Part shown: positions 29,566 to 39,829 of the stretch, in pieces
Layout: each line of letters starts with the position of its first letter
Position numbering within the stretch: the first letter of the stretch is position 1
Assembly (NCBI GenBank): GCA_964408995.1
Contig: CAYPBP010000001.1
Coordinates: forward strand, 10,823-74,822
Direction: 5' to 3'
Length of the DNA: 64,000 nt
Origin: an uncultured Gammaproteobacteria bacterium
GTDB lineage: Bacteria; Patescibacteriota; Microgenomatia; UBA12405
Program-made: the position numbers and the translations under genes
Notes under the pieces: generated by a model
The model's database searches: none
The model's input: the letters and a program-made list of their open reading frames with translations, nothing else
Told to the model about the DNA's origin: nothing

Positions 29566-29622
29566 TCAAGCAATTGTGCAAGAAAATGTGTATAAATGCT
29601 TGAAACCAAGCAATTATTCAAT
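29566..29622. promoter_or_regulatory. Three ~17-bp operator-like repeats upstream of the AAA+ ATPase
   Basis: tcaagcaattgtgcaag; inverted tcaagcatttatacaca; ccaagcaattattcaat. Confidence 0.5.
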
Positions 29623-29652
29623 TTTTGTGAAACTGTGTTAAAATTATAATTA

Positions 29653-30858
29653 ATGATACAAAGACCAGAATATATTCAAAAACTTAAAGATTTACGCGAC
29701 AAAAAAATAATTAAAGTAATAACCGGTGTTCGTCGTTGTGGAAAGTCAACTTTATTAGAAATATATCAAAAAGAATTAATTAATGATGGTGTTTCCTCTA
29801 GCCAAATTCAATATTATAATTTCGAAAACCCAAAAAATTTAGTTTGGGCCGATAAATGGTTGGAACTTTATCAAAATATTATAAATAAAACCATAAAAGG
29901 TAAACAAAATTATATTTTTTTGGATGAAATTCAAAATATAAATAATTTTGAACGCCTAACTGATGGCCTTTTTGTTAAAAAGGGAATTGACTTATATGTT
30001 ACTGGGTCAAATGCTTATTTTCTCTCCCAAGATATAGCTACTATTCTTTCTGGTCGAATGTTTGAAATCAAAGTATTTCCCTTATCTTTTTCAGAGTATA
30101 TTTCAGCATTCAAAGATAAAAATGATCTTTCAGATAAGTTCGAAAAATATATTCAATATGGAGGAATGCCTCAAATTTTAGATTTTAAGAACAACCAAGG
30201 CCTTATATTAGAATATCTTCAAGGTTTATATAATACGGTTCATCTTAATGATGTTCTTAAACGACCTGGAGTTAATGATAAAGATGTTCTTAAAGATATT
30301 TCAGCTTTTATGTTAGATAATATTGGCAATATTACTGCTGCTAAAAAAATTGCTGATACTCTAACTTCAAAAGGTCGAGCAATATCTCACAGTACTGTTG
30401 AAAAATATATTTCCGCCTTAGCGGAAAGTTTACTCTTCTATTCAATTGACAAAATTGGCCTTAAAGGTCGTAAACGTTTATATTCTCAAAAAAAGTTTTA
30501 TACAATAGACACTGGTTTTAGACAAATAATTCTTAGTAGCAACCAATCAAGTGAAGACAGAGGCCATTTATTAGAAAATATTGTATATTTAGAATTACTC
30601 AGACGTAATCTTAAAGTAAATTTTGGTCGAGTTGGTGATAAAGAAGTCGATTTTGTAGTTACAACAAAAGAAGGGTATACTGAATATTACCAAGTATCTT
30701 GGAGTGTTAGAGACAAACATACATATCAAAGAGAAATAACACCCTTAGAATCTATAAAAGATCACAATACTAAATATCTGTTAACGATTGATCCAGAAGA
30801 ATCAATTAATAACGGCATCCGTCAAAAAAATGTCATCAATTGGCTTCTTGAAATTTAA
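29653..30858 (+). CDS. AAA+ ATPase (AAA_14 + DUF4143-like)
   Basis: 'GVRRCGKST', 'FLDEIQ', 'TGSNA', 'GGMP', 'LENIV', 'EVDF'. Confidence 0.9.
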   Translation: MIQRPEYIQKLKDLRDKKIIKVITGVRRCGKSTLLEIYQKELINDGVSSSQIQYYNFENPKNLVWADKWLELYQNIINKTIKGKQNYIFLDEIQNINNFERLTDGLFVKKGIDLYVTGSNAYFLSQDIATILSGRMFEIKVFPLSFSEYISAFKDKNDLSDKFEKYIQYGGMPQILDFKNNQGLILEYLQGLYNTVHLNDVLKRPGVNDKDVLKDISAFMLDNIGNITAAKKIADTLTSKGRAISHSTVEKYISALAESLLFYSIDKIGLKGRKRLYSQKKFYTIDTGFRQIILSSNQSSEDRGHLLENIVYLELLRRNLKVNFGRVGDKEVDFVVTTKEGYTEYYQVSWSVRDKHTYQREITPLESIKDHNTKYLLTIDPEESINNGIRQKNVINWLLEI

Positions 30859-30880
30859 AACAAAATGAAATTACAAATCA

Positions 30881-30987
30881 AAAAATTCTGCACCCGCGCC
30901 ATTTACATCAACAATCATCAAATTCAATATGATGGTGATACTGCAAAAGCCACTAAAAAATATTTAGCTGATTCAGAAAATAAATGA
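30881..30987 (+). pseudogene. Displaced wzt 3' fragment (direct repeat copy 2)
   Basis: Encodes KFCTRAIYINNHQIQYDGDTAKATKKYLADSENK*; its TGA overlaps the next ATG. Confidence 0.85.
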
Positions 30988-32111
30988 ACCTCTATAGAAA
31001 ATTAGTTCCCGAAATTATCCGAACTCAAATCCGAAATCCCCAATATATTTTTGATGATCTAAAATTTCTATCAAAATTTTTATCAAAGGCTCAATCATCA
31101 ACAAATTCCACCATTGCAAAATCTATTTGTTATATCATTCCCACAACCAACATCACTGGTGGTGTGGCTGTTGTCTGTGAACACTTAAACAGGCTAAAAA
31201 AACTTGGCTACAAAACTCTAATTGCAAGTTATGACAATAAAACCGATCTTTCTTGGTTCCCAGATCAATCTGTCAAAGTTATCCCTCTAAAAGGTAACAA
31301 GGAAACTATTGAAAAATACGAAACAGTTGTGGCCACTGGTTGGATAACCGCCTATGAGCTCTTATTATTAAATGTCAAAAGAAAAATTTATTTTGTTCAA
31401 TCCGATGAAACCCGATTTTACCCCAAGGGTAGTTATCTAAAACAAAGAGTCAAAAGAACTTACTCTTTTCCTTTCGAATTTATGACCATTGCCAAATGGC
31501 TTCAAAAATTCCTAAAAGAAAATTTTAATCAAGATTCTTTTTATGTCCCCAATGGCATTAATACCGATATTTTCCATCCCGATACTCCGTTTGCTCCAAA
31601 ACCAAAAAACAAAAAAAGAATATTACTCGAAGGAGCCATAAACCTTCCTTTCAAAGGCATGGAAGAAGCATTTAAAGTTGTCCAAGACCTAGATTGTGAA
31701 GTATGGTGTGTTTCCTACGATGGCAAACCAAAACCAGAATGGCATTGCAACAGATTCTTTGAAAAAGTTCCCATGCAAGACATGAGAAAAATCTATTCAT
31801 CTTGTGACATTCTATTAAAATTATCAAAAGTAGAAGGCTTCTTTGGTCCTCCACTTGAAATGATGGCCTGTGGGGGAGTCTCAATTGTTGCCAAAGTCAC
31901 TGGCTATGATGAATATATAATCGATGGCTATAATGCACTAGTTACAGAACCAAATAACTTCAAAAAAACCAAAAAACTTTTACAAAAGCTAATTAGTGAT
32001 AAAAAATTGTATAATCATCTAAAATCCAATTCTCAAAAAACAGTTGAAAAAATGAGTTGGAATAAAACAATTTTAAATTTAAAAACATTTATAAATGAAA
32101 AAAGAAAATAA
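30984..32111 (+). CDS. Glycosyltransferase family 4 (WsaF-like)
   Basis: 'TGGVAV', 'VATGWITA', 'YFVQSDE', 'EGFFGPPLEMMACG'. Confidence 0.88.
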   Translation: MNLYRKLVPEIIRTQIRNPQYIFDDLKFLSKFLSKAQSSTNSTIAKSICYIIPTTNITGGVAVVCEHLNRLKKLGYKTLIASYDNKTDLSWFPDQSVKVIPLKGNKETIEKYETVVATGWITAYELLLLNVKRKIYFVQSDETRFYPKGSYLKQRVKRTYSFPFEFMTIAKWLQKFLKENFNQDSFYVPNGINTDIFHPDTPFAPKPKNKKRILLEGAINLPFKGMEEAFKVVQDLDCEVWCVSYDGKPKPEWHCNRFFEKVPMQDMRKIYSSCDILLKLSKVEGFFGPPLEMMACGGVSIVAKVTGYDEYIIDGYNALVTEPNNFKKTKKLLQKLISDKKLYNHLKSNSQKTVEKMSWNKTILNLKTFINEKRK

Positions 32112-33267
32112 AAAGAAAATTTTACTTGTATGCGACACACCCAATTGGGCATTTAGCAACATTGCTAAATCAATCAAGAAAAATTTATCAAAAAACTTTG
32201 ATATAAAAATAGAATATGTAATTAATTACAAAGATATAGGTAATTTTTACAAAAAAATATTAAGAAAAAAATTTGATTTAATTCATTTTTTTTGGAGACT
32301 CATACCATGTGATTTTTTCAACCAAAATATTCATAATTCAGAAGATATTATCAACAACATAATATCTTCTACAAAACCTGTCATTACTAGTTCTGTTTAT
32401 GATCATGCTTTTTTAGACAAAGAATCTATAGAAAAATATTTTAATAAATTTAATACAATCGTTGATTTTTACACTGTTAGTTCTAAAAAACTTTATAATA
32501 TTTATTCTTCGAATGAAAAAATTAAAAAACCTAATTATATAATTCAAGATGGGGTTGATTTAAATCTTTTTTATCCAATTAATTTAAATCGATTTAATAA
32601 AGACAAAAAAGATTTAATAATTGGTTGGGTTGGAAATAGTAAATGGTCTATAAAAAAAGGAGACGACATTAAAGGTGTAAACACTATTATTAAACCAGCC
32701 ATTAAAATTCTTAAACATAAAGGATTCAATGTCGTCGAAAATTTCGCTGACAGAAATAAAATATTTATACCTCTTAAAAAAATGGTTGATTATTACAGTA
32801 ATATAGACATTTTGATTTGTGCCTCAGAAGTAGAAGGTACACCAAATCCAGTTTTAGAAGCAATGGCTTGTGGAGTACCAATAATATCAACTGATGTTGG
32901 AATTGTTTCAGAAGTCTTTGAAAAAAAACAAAAAAAATTCATAATTAATAGAAATATAGATGATTTAATACTAAAAATAGAAAAGTTATATAACAACCGA
33001 AAAATGATTTTGGAATTATCAGAAGAAAATATAAAACAAATAAAAAAATTCACTAGAATAAAAGAATCAAAAAAATGGCTTTCTTTTTTTGAAGAATCAT
33101 TAAAAAAAGAACAATCTTCTAAAGACAAAGAAAACGCTTTATTAAAAGAATTTTTAAAAGAGGCTATTGATAAAAATAAAAGAACAGAAGATAGAATAAG
33201 AATTAGACGAATTCTTTTTAATAAGATAGAAATTGGTTTGTTTTTAAAGAAAAAATCATCCCAATGA
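32095..33267 (+). CDS. Glycosyltransferase family 4
   Basis: 'GWVGNSKW', 'EGTPNPVLEAMACG'. Confidence 0.88.
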   Translation: MKKENKKKILLVCDTPNWAFSNIAKSIKKNLSKNFDIKIEYVINYKDIGNFYKKILRKKFDLIHFFWRLIPCDFFNQNIHNSEDIINNIISSTKPVITSSVYDHAFLDKESIEKYFNKFNTIVDFYTVSSKKLYNIYSSNEKIKKPNYIIQDGVDLNLFYPINLNRFNKDKKDLIIGWVGNSKWSIKKGDDIKGVNTIIKPAIKILKHKGFNVVENFADRNKIFIPLKKMVDYYSNIDILICASEVEGTPNPVLEAMACGVPIISTDVGIVSEVFEKKQKKFIINRNIDDLILKIEKLYNNRKMILELSEENIKQIKKFTRIKESKKWLSFFEESLKKEQSSKDKENALLKEFLKEAIDKNKRTEDRIRIRRILFNKIEIGLFLKKKSSQ

Positions 33268-35144
33268 AAAGAACTAATAAATTTTTATATATAGTAAATC
33301 TTTTCGCAGTTTCATTTATTTTATTTCTAAATATTGAAGAATATATCCCTAATTTAAAAACACCAACTTACTTAATAAGCGCAATAAATCAAAAGAACGA
33401 AAAATCTAACGATACTGAAGTTTGGATTTCAAACTATAAAAAACCAGTTTTAATTAATAAGGATATAAAAAATTGGTTTAAAAAAGATGGAGCTTATTAT
33501 TCTAATGGAAAAGAAGAAAACTATATAAATATTAGAAATCAGGAAAAAATCACATTTATAAAACACCAATGGTCGGGAATAGTTTCAATAGAAAATACTA
33601 ATACTAAAGAAAAAGAAATCATTGATTTGTATTCAACAACAGACGATTCGTACATTTATAACCTAAAAATCTTACCAACAAACCATTTTTTTTACTATCT
33701 CATAAGAATCTTAATCTTTTCTTTTACAATTGCCTTTATTAATATATTAATCAAATTAGTTTTCCTAATTAAAACTCCAAAGTTCAAATTCAACTTAAAA
33801 ATAAGTGATAAAACAATAATTATTTCTATAATATTTTTTTCACTAATTCCAATTATTTATCTAGTTACTTTTTATCCAGGATTATTAAGTGGTGACTCTT
33901 TAGGCCAATGGAAGCAATTAACAGATTTCCAATTTATAGATGCTCATCCTGCATTTCATACTCTTATATACTGGCTAATAACTCGTATTTATTACAGCCC
34001 AGTTTCAATAGTTATTTTCCAAATAATTAGTCTTTCTGCAATTTGGGTTTATGGAATATTATCTTTAATAAAAAATTTAAAACCAAATAATTTAAATAGA
34101 CTTTTAATTATACTAATCAGTCTCATTTTTTTTGCCGCACCACAAAATGGATTAATGGCAATTACATTATGGAAAGATGTTTTATTTAGTTATTCAATTC
34201 TTTTTTTAACCATCAACTTATTCAACATTATCTTCGATATTAAATGGATAAACAAAAAAAACAATCAAATACTATTAATTTCATCTTTAGTATTAGTCTG
34301 TCTTTTACGACACAACGGTATAATTACCTTTATTAGCACAATTGTTAGTTTAATTTTAATATATAAAACCAAGTTCTTAAAAATAACTTTAATTTCAATT
34401 TTAGTGATTTTATTAATTAAATACCCTTTATACAAAATATTAAAAGTTAATAAAATAGAAGAAACTTTTAGCTCAGGATACACACTAAATTATTTAAATG
34501 GTTATTTTTACGAAAATCAAATTTCAAAAGAAAAATACAAAGAATTTTACAATAGTCTTTATCCACAAAAACAAGCATCTACTTTTTATAATTCATATTG
34601 TATAAACTATGGCGGTAATGGTTTAGAAAAAGATTTTTTTATAAAAAACAATAATAAAATAAACCAATATTTAAAAAAAGAAATAATTGACAATCCAAAT
34701 ATCTTTCTTAAATTAATTAAAAAAAGAGCCTCTTTAGTATGGCAAATAAAACAACCATCAGATTCATATACATACACCACTCCAATTGATGATTATAAAT
34801 CAAGAACTATCTTAAAAGAAAACTACAATATAGATTCTTTTAATCCTGATTCTAAATTAACCTTTTTTATAAGAAAACTAGTTTATCTTACTGAAAGTGA
34901 AAAATACAAAAGTCTTTTTTGGAGACCAGCCTTAAGTTTAATAATAATTCTACTTATTTCACTATATCTATTTAAAAAAAATAAAAACAATCTCTTACTT
35001 CTTCCACTTATTCCAGTAATAACACTATCTGCTGGATTAATTTTGACCATTCCTGGACAGGATTATAGATACCTATTCTCGAATTATCTCATATCAATCT
35101 ATTTTATTTTGATACTTTTAGTGTTCAACAAAAAATTAAGATAA
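33264..35144 (+). CDS. Multi-TM membrane protein, probable GT-C (DUF6020-like)
   Basis: 'YPGLLSGDS', 'HPAFHT', 'WKD', 'RHNG', 'DYRY'. Confidence 0.65.
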   Translation: MKRTNKFLYIVNLFAVSFILFLNIEEYIPNLKTPTYLISAINQKNEKSNDTEVWISNYKKPVLINKDIKNWFKKDGAYYSNGKEENYINIRNQEKITFIKHQWSGIVSIENTNTKEKEIIDLYSTTDDSYIYNLKILPTNHFFYYLIRILIFSFTIAFINILIKLVFLIKTPKFKFNLKISDKTIIISIIFFSLIPIIYLVTFYPGLLSGDSLGQWKQLTDFQFIDAHPAFHTLIYWLITRIYYSPVSIVIFQIISLSAIWVYGILSLIKNLKPNNLNRLLIILISLIFFAAPQNGLMAITLWKDVLFSYSILFLTINLFNIIFDIKWINKKNNQILLISSLVLVCLLRHNGIITFISTIVSLILIYKTKFLKITLISILVILLIKYPLYKILKVNKIEETFSSGYTLNYLNGYFYENQISKEKYKEFYNSLYPQKQASTFYNSYCINYGGNGLEKDFFIKNNNKINQYLKKEIIDNPNIFLKLIKKRASLVWQIKQPSDSYTYTTPIDDYKSRTILKENYNIDSFNPDSKLTFFIRKLVYLTESEKYKSLFWRPALSLIIILLISLYLFKKNKNNLLLLPLIPVITLSAGLILTIPGQDYRYLFSNYLISIYFILILLVFNKKLR

Positions 35145-35150
35145 TTAAAA

Positions 35151-36926
35151 TTATTTTGATATTTTTAAAAATCTAACATTTACATTTTCTTTTTCAACAA
35201 AATACAAAACAGAATTACTACCCCGTAAAGAATATTTTTTATATAACCTTACACAAATCTCACCATTGTTTTGACTTTTTAATATCTTCTTAAATTCTTC
35301 TAGATACCTACCTTCAATCTGTATCTTTTCTTGATTTAAATATCCCGAATGTAAAATTTTATTTCCACTGATAATTTCATATTTAAAAATATCTTTAATA
35401 TAAATATTTTCTTTTCTATTATTGGTCAAATAAATAACAAAACCCCCAATTTTATCATCCCCAATATTTTCACAAAATTTATTGTCAGTAATAGAAATGA
35501 GTTCGTATCCAGAATTTTTGTTTTTATAATCTTTATAACCATCTAAAGTTAGTTCATTTATATTTTTATAAACACTAGAATAATCATAATAACGTAAATA
35601 AACAGATTTAATTACACTAACAGACACTACAAAAACAAAAATCACACTAAAAATTAATTCCATCTTTTTCATTCCGATTATTTCAATTAAACGTACTATT
35701 CCATACATAAAAAATAAAAAAAGAATAAAGAAATATCTTCCTTGAACTCCACCAATAATTTTGTTTGCCACAGGAGTCCATGTTAAATATAAAGAAGTTT
35801 CTATAATTACATACGAACCAATCACAATTCCAAAAATAAAAAGCAATTCAAAAATATTTTTTAATTCTAATTTCTTTGTTTTAACAAATTTAATTTTAGA
35901 TACAATAAAAATTACAAAAAAAATTATTAATAAATAAACACTAAAAGGTAGTTGATAATCTAACCAACCAAAATTACCTAAAAAACTATTCCAATAAAAA
36001 TATAAATTTTCTGCAGTTGTTTTAGATAATACACTTATAAAATAAAATGGATCGTCTAAAACAATTTCTTTCTGTAAAAAAGGATTCACTAAACCACTTT
36101 GAACATTGTCAACAAAAGAAACATTTGTTTTAATCAAAAAAAATGTCAATAAAAAGTAAATTATCAAAATTAAATATTTAATAAAAATATTTTTTATATT
36201 TTTATTAAAAAAAGGATAAGATGGCAATAAAATAGGCAAAAGTAACAACAAATAATAACCGCTCTTAACTAAAACAAAGATTAGAATCAAAGCATAAAAC
36301 AAAAACAATAACCATAATTTAATCTTTGAAAAATTATTTTTTAAATAAACATAAAGAGAAAAAGACAATAAGCCTAAAGAAATATGAAAAGAATCATAAC
36401 TTATAGCTGTAACTTGATGAATTACCATTGGAATAATTGAAATGGCCATAATTAAAGGAAAATATCTCCCTGATAAATTTAATGAAATAAACACTGCAAC
36501 TAGAAAAATAATAAAACCAAATAATCTAGAAAGATAAAAAGAAAGCAATAAATTGTTACCACCAATAGTTATCCCTATTATGTTTGGCAAATAAGACAAA
36601 ATACCAAACTTAACACAAGAACCATTGTAGACTGCCTTTTCCTTCGAATTTATTTCATATTCTCTAAATAAAATCGATTTTGGAAACTTATTCTGGCTAT
36701 TCATAATAAGAGTACTTGCTTTCATTTGTTCTGGGAAATTAAGGATATCTACAGGTAAGTTATTTAAACCAACACCAAAAAAACCACACTCACCCCTAAC
36801 AGAAACACTATATGTATTGAAATAATGATAAGACTCATCTGCTTTTTGAAAAGGAGGCACCAAAAAAACAAAGATTAAACCAATCAAAATAATAAAAAGA
36901 AAAAAAACTTTATTGAATTTATTCAT
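35151..36926 (-). CDS. DUF2142-like membrane protein (probable GT-C)
   Basis: 'PPFQKADE..H', 'SYD', 'GNFGWLD', 'GVQGRYF'. Confidence 0.8.
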   Translation of the reverse strand: MNKFNKVFFLFIILIGLIFVFLVPPFQKADESYHYFNTYSVSVRGECGFFGVGLNNLPVDILNFPEQMKASTLIMNSQNKFPKSILFREYEINSKEKAVYNGSCVKFGILSYLPNIIGITIGGNNLLLSFYLSRLFGFIIFLVAVFISLNLSGRYFPLIMAISIIPMVIHQVTAISYDSFHISLGLLSFSLYVYLKNNFSKIKLWLLFLFYALILIFVLVKSGYYLLLLLPILLPSYPFFNKNIKNIFIKYLILIIYFLLTFFLIKTNVSFVDNVQSGLVNPFLQKEIVLDDPFYFISVLSKTTAENLYFYWNSFLGNFGWLDYQLPFSVYLLIIFFVIFIVSKIKFVKTKKLELKNIFELLFIFGIVIGSYVIIETSLYLTWTPVANKIIGGVQGRYFFILFLFFMYGIVRLIEIIGMKKMELIFSVIFVFVVSVSVIKSVYLRYYDYSSVYKNINELTLDGYKDYKNKNSGYELISITDNKFCENIGDDKIGGFVIYLTNNRKENIYIKDIFKYEIISGNKILHSGYLNQEKIQIEGRYLEEFKKILKSQNNGEICVRLYKKYSLRGSNSVLYFVEKENVNVRFLKISK

Positions 36927-38709
36927 TTTTATTTTTATTTAAAGAAACACTACAATTTCTACGAAATAAATCAAGATCAAATGGGGGATATATGTATATA
37001 TTAGCAGATTGTGTGGCAATTTTTATCAAACCTTCAGATTCACAATCAAATTCAAGAACTTTTATCGGATTAACAATTAATGTATTAGAATCAATTTGTT
37101 TTAATTGAGAAATATAGTAATCATAATTTTTATAATTAATCACCGATTTTAGATCATAAATTACATTATACTTCGTAAGCAAATATGAAGATGTTGCCCA
37201 TCTTGTGCTTTGATAATCACCATCAATATAAATAACATTTTTAAAATTAGAAAAATTTTCCAAAGCATAAATAACACCATTGTACTTTTCACTACTATTA
37301 GAGAAAAAATTTCCATACCCATGAATTATGTCTCCAAGAGGTGGGTTTATAATACTTGCATATTTAAAAGATATTAATATTATAAAAATAAAGATCATAA
37401 TCTTATTAAAAATGGATGTCGATGTTTTATTATTTTTTTTAAAAATAGACTTTAAAAAAACAATAAAACCTGCCACAGCAAACATACTAAAAAACAAAAT
37501 TGAAGAAGCAAAAACCTTATGGAAAGAATACGAAATTTCTCCCTTAATATAAAGTTGTAAAATTGCTAAGCCAAAACTATAAAATAGAAAGACTAAAGCA
37601 ATAATAGATAAATATTTAGAAGTTTTTGATTCTTTTTTATTATTTTTAGATAAAAAATAGATACTTAATATTACGTAAATCAAAAGTGTCATAACTGGGT
37701 AAACAGGAAAACCTCCACTTGCAGCTACTATACCACTTAGACTGAAAACAGAAGAAAATATTTGTAACATAAAAATAATAGAGAGTAGTAGGGTTATTAT
37801 TAATAAAGATAAATATTCTTTTTCTTTTTTAAAAAACCATAAATAACCATAAAAAATACACAAAACTGGGGCAAAAAAACTGTATGAAAAGAAAAAACCA
37901 AACGATAATGGAATTAATAAAAAAATTGATTTCGATTCATTACGAGACAATAAATAAATCATTCCTAAAGAAAATAGCTGATTAAACCAGTTTGATAAAA
38001 AACCATGTTTAACAAAATACAAACTAATCACAGATCCAAATACTACGGTAACAATTGGAATTATTATTTTCCAATAAAAATTACTTTTTTCATTATTATT
38101 CACTAAATCAAAAACAATTATCGACATTAACGAAATTGTTAAAAAGAATATTAACCATATATACATAGAAAAAATGTTAGTTATTAACACAATATCATTA
38201 TTAACCCCGATTAATCGTGTAACTAATTTTATAGACAACCAAGCATTACCATGAAAAGCATGTGGATAAAAACCCCCAGATAACTTGTTGTTCGATAAAA
38301 AATTTAACGCATAATTAAAATGTGCCGCAGCATCTTCAGTAAATGAAGGTATTGGAACTCTGAAACCATTATTAAAACTTTTAAAATTAAAAATAAACAG
38401 AACTATACAAAAAATGGCTGCGGTAATTATAACTATTTCATAACTATTGCTTTTACTCTTAAGAGGGTTTTTTATTCTTATATTTTTACCAACACAATAA
38501 AACAATATACTGTATACAAAATTTAGAAGAAACAGTGAAAATATACTTAACTCCAAATTAAAAATAGATACAATAAAAAAATAAACAGAGTTTACACCAA
38601 AAAAGATAATAAATCCAAATACTATACTCTCAAATATTTTTTTATTCCAAAATTTTTTATATATAAATATATAAATTAAAAAAACAATTAAAAGCAAATA
38701 ATTTACCAT
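36919..38709 (-). CDS. Multi-TM membrane protein, possible GT-C
   Basis: 596 aa, hydrophobic; 'EDAAAH', 'FYPHAFH'. Confidence 0.6.
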   Translation of the reverse strand: MVNYLLLIVFLIYIFIYKKFWNKKIFESIVFGFIIFFGVNSVYFFIVSIFNLELSIFSLFLLNFVYSILFYCVGKNIRIKNPLKSKSNSYEIVIITAAIFCIVLFIFNFKSFNNGFRVPIPSFTEDAAAHFNYALNFLSNNKLSGGFYPHAFHGNAWLSIKLVTRLIGVNNDIVLITNIFSMYIWLIFFLTISLMSIIVFDLVNNNEKSNFYWKIIIPIVTVVFGSVISLYFVKHGFLSNWFNQLFSLGMIYLLSRNESKSIFLLIPLSFGFFFSYSFFAPVLCIFYGYLWFFKKEKEYLSLLIITLLLSIIFMLQIFSSVFSLSGIVAASGGFPVYPVMTLLIYVILSIYFLSKNNKKESKTSKYLSIIALVFLFYSFGLAILQLYIKGEISYSFHKVFASSILFFSMFAVAGFIVFLKSIFKKNNKTSTSIFNKIMIFIFIILISFKYASIINPPLGDIIHGYGNFFSNSSEKYNGVIYALENFSNFKNVIYIDGDYQSTRWATSSYLLTKYNVIYDLKSVINYKNYDYYISQLKQIDSNTLIVNPIKVLEFDCESEGLIKIATQSANIYIYPPFDLDLFRRNCSVSLNKNKNE

Positions 38710-38803
38710 AAATTAATACAAATAATTTTTATAAAAAAATAATATAAATTCTACAAAATAAATCATGTTATTATAAACACATAGTAACAAATATCTTTTA
38801 AAA

Positions 38804-39829
38804 ATGATAATCTCTATATTCAACCATATCTGGAATCGTTTTAGTAATAACTACAAATTTAACACAAAAATAAGAAAGTATATAAATTTGTTGTTAGATA
38901 TGGTTGAAATTATTTTTAATAGAAATTTATTTAAAACAATTAATAAAAAAAATAATAATCCTAAAAAAATAATTATTTTTGCATATGGAACTACTGGCGA
39001 TATTGCTGTTTTCTCTTCATTTACTAAATATCTAAAAACACTATTTCCAAATTCAAAAATATTTTATATTATAAATTATGTCGATAAAGTAAAATATATA
39101 TCCTCATTGGATAAAAACATATACAAAATAATCACCATAAATATACCTAGATTTTTTACATTCAAAATAATTAATAAAATCAAAAAAAAATACCCTGATT
39201 ATGATTTATTCATTAATTTGAATCTCTATCCTAGTCTAAGACACTTAATGTCATATATAAAATTCATTGAAATGCCGTATTTTATTTTTAAAAAGAAACC
39301 AAATAAACTTCCTATACCAAAACTTTATCTTGATTTTAAAGTAAAACAACAAAAAATAATTTTTTTAAATTTAGAAATGATATCTCTAAATTTTAATAAT
39401 AGTTATCTACAATCACAAGAAATGGAAGAAATAATATTTTTTTTAGCCAATAAATTCAAAGAATATCAATTTATAGTAAATAATTATTCAAAGTTAACAA
39501 ATATAAAAAACATTAAAAATGTAAAATTATTTAATGGAAATTATAAAGAATTGGTTAAAATAGCAGCTTCTGCAAAAATATTTATCTCATCAAGAAATGG
39601 CCTTTGCGACGTTATAGCTGCTTCTGTTAGTAACAAACCAATGTTTATTATCTATCCCAACCTATTATTTCCTGGAAATAATGGAACCGAATTTATTTAT
39701 ATTTATGGCATGAAAGATATTGAATACCCAAATCCAATCGAAGAAACTATTTTTGATAGAGATATTAATGGTGTTAATAATTTAAAAAAACAAATAAAAA
39801 CTTTTATAGAAAAGCATTATGAAAAATAA
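38804..39829 (+). CDS. GT9-like (heptosyltransferase-fold) glycosyltransferase
   Basis: 'GTTGDI...LKTLFPNSKI' and 'AKIFISSRNGL' resemble GT9 motifs. Confidence 0.55.
   Translation: MIISIFNHIWNRFSNNYKFNTKIRKYINLLLDMVEIIFNRNLFKTINKKNNNPKKIIIFAYGTTGDIAVFSSFTKYLKTLFPNSKIFYIINYVDKVKYISSLDKNIYKIITINIPRFFTFKIINKIKKKYPDYDLFINLNLYPSLRHLMSYIKFIEMPYFIFKKKPNKLPIPKLYLDFKVKQQKIIFLNLEMISLNFNNSYLQSQEMEEIIFFLANKFKEYQFIVNNYSKLTNIKNIKNVKLFNGNYKELVKIAASAKIFISSRNGLCDVIAASVSNKPMFIIYPNLLFPGNNGTEFIYIYGMKDIEYPNPIEETIFDRDINGVNNLKKQIKTFIEKHYEK

Noticed and set aside
27410-30987. Diversity-generating retroelement (Avd-like gene plus a repeated 107-bp segment)
   Set aside because: No reverse transcriptase in the window, and the mismatches are mostly synonymous transitions rather than adenine-specific changes.
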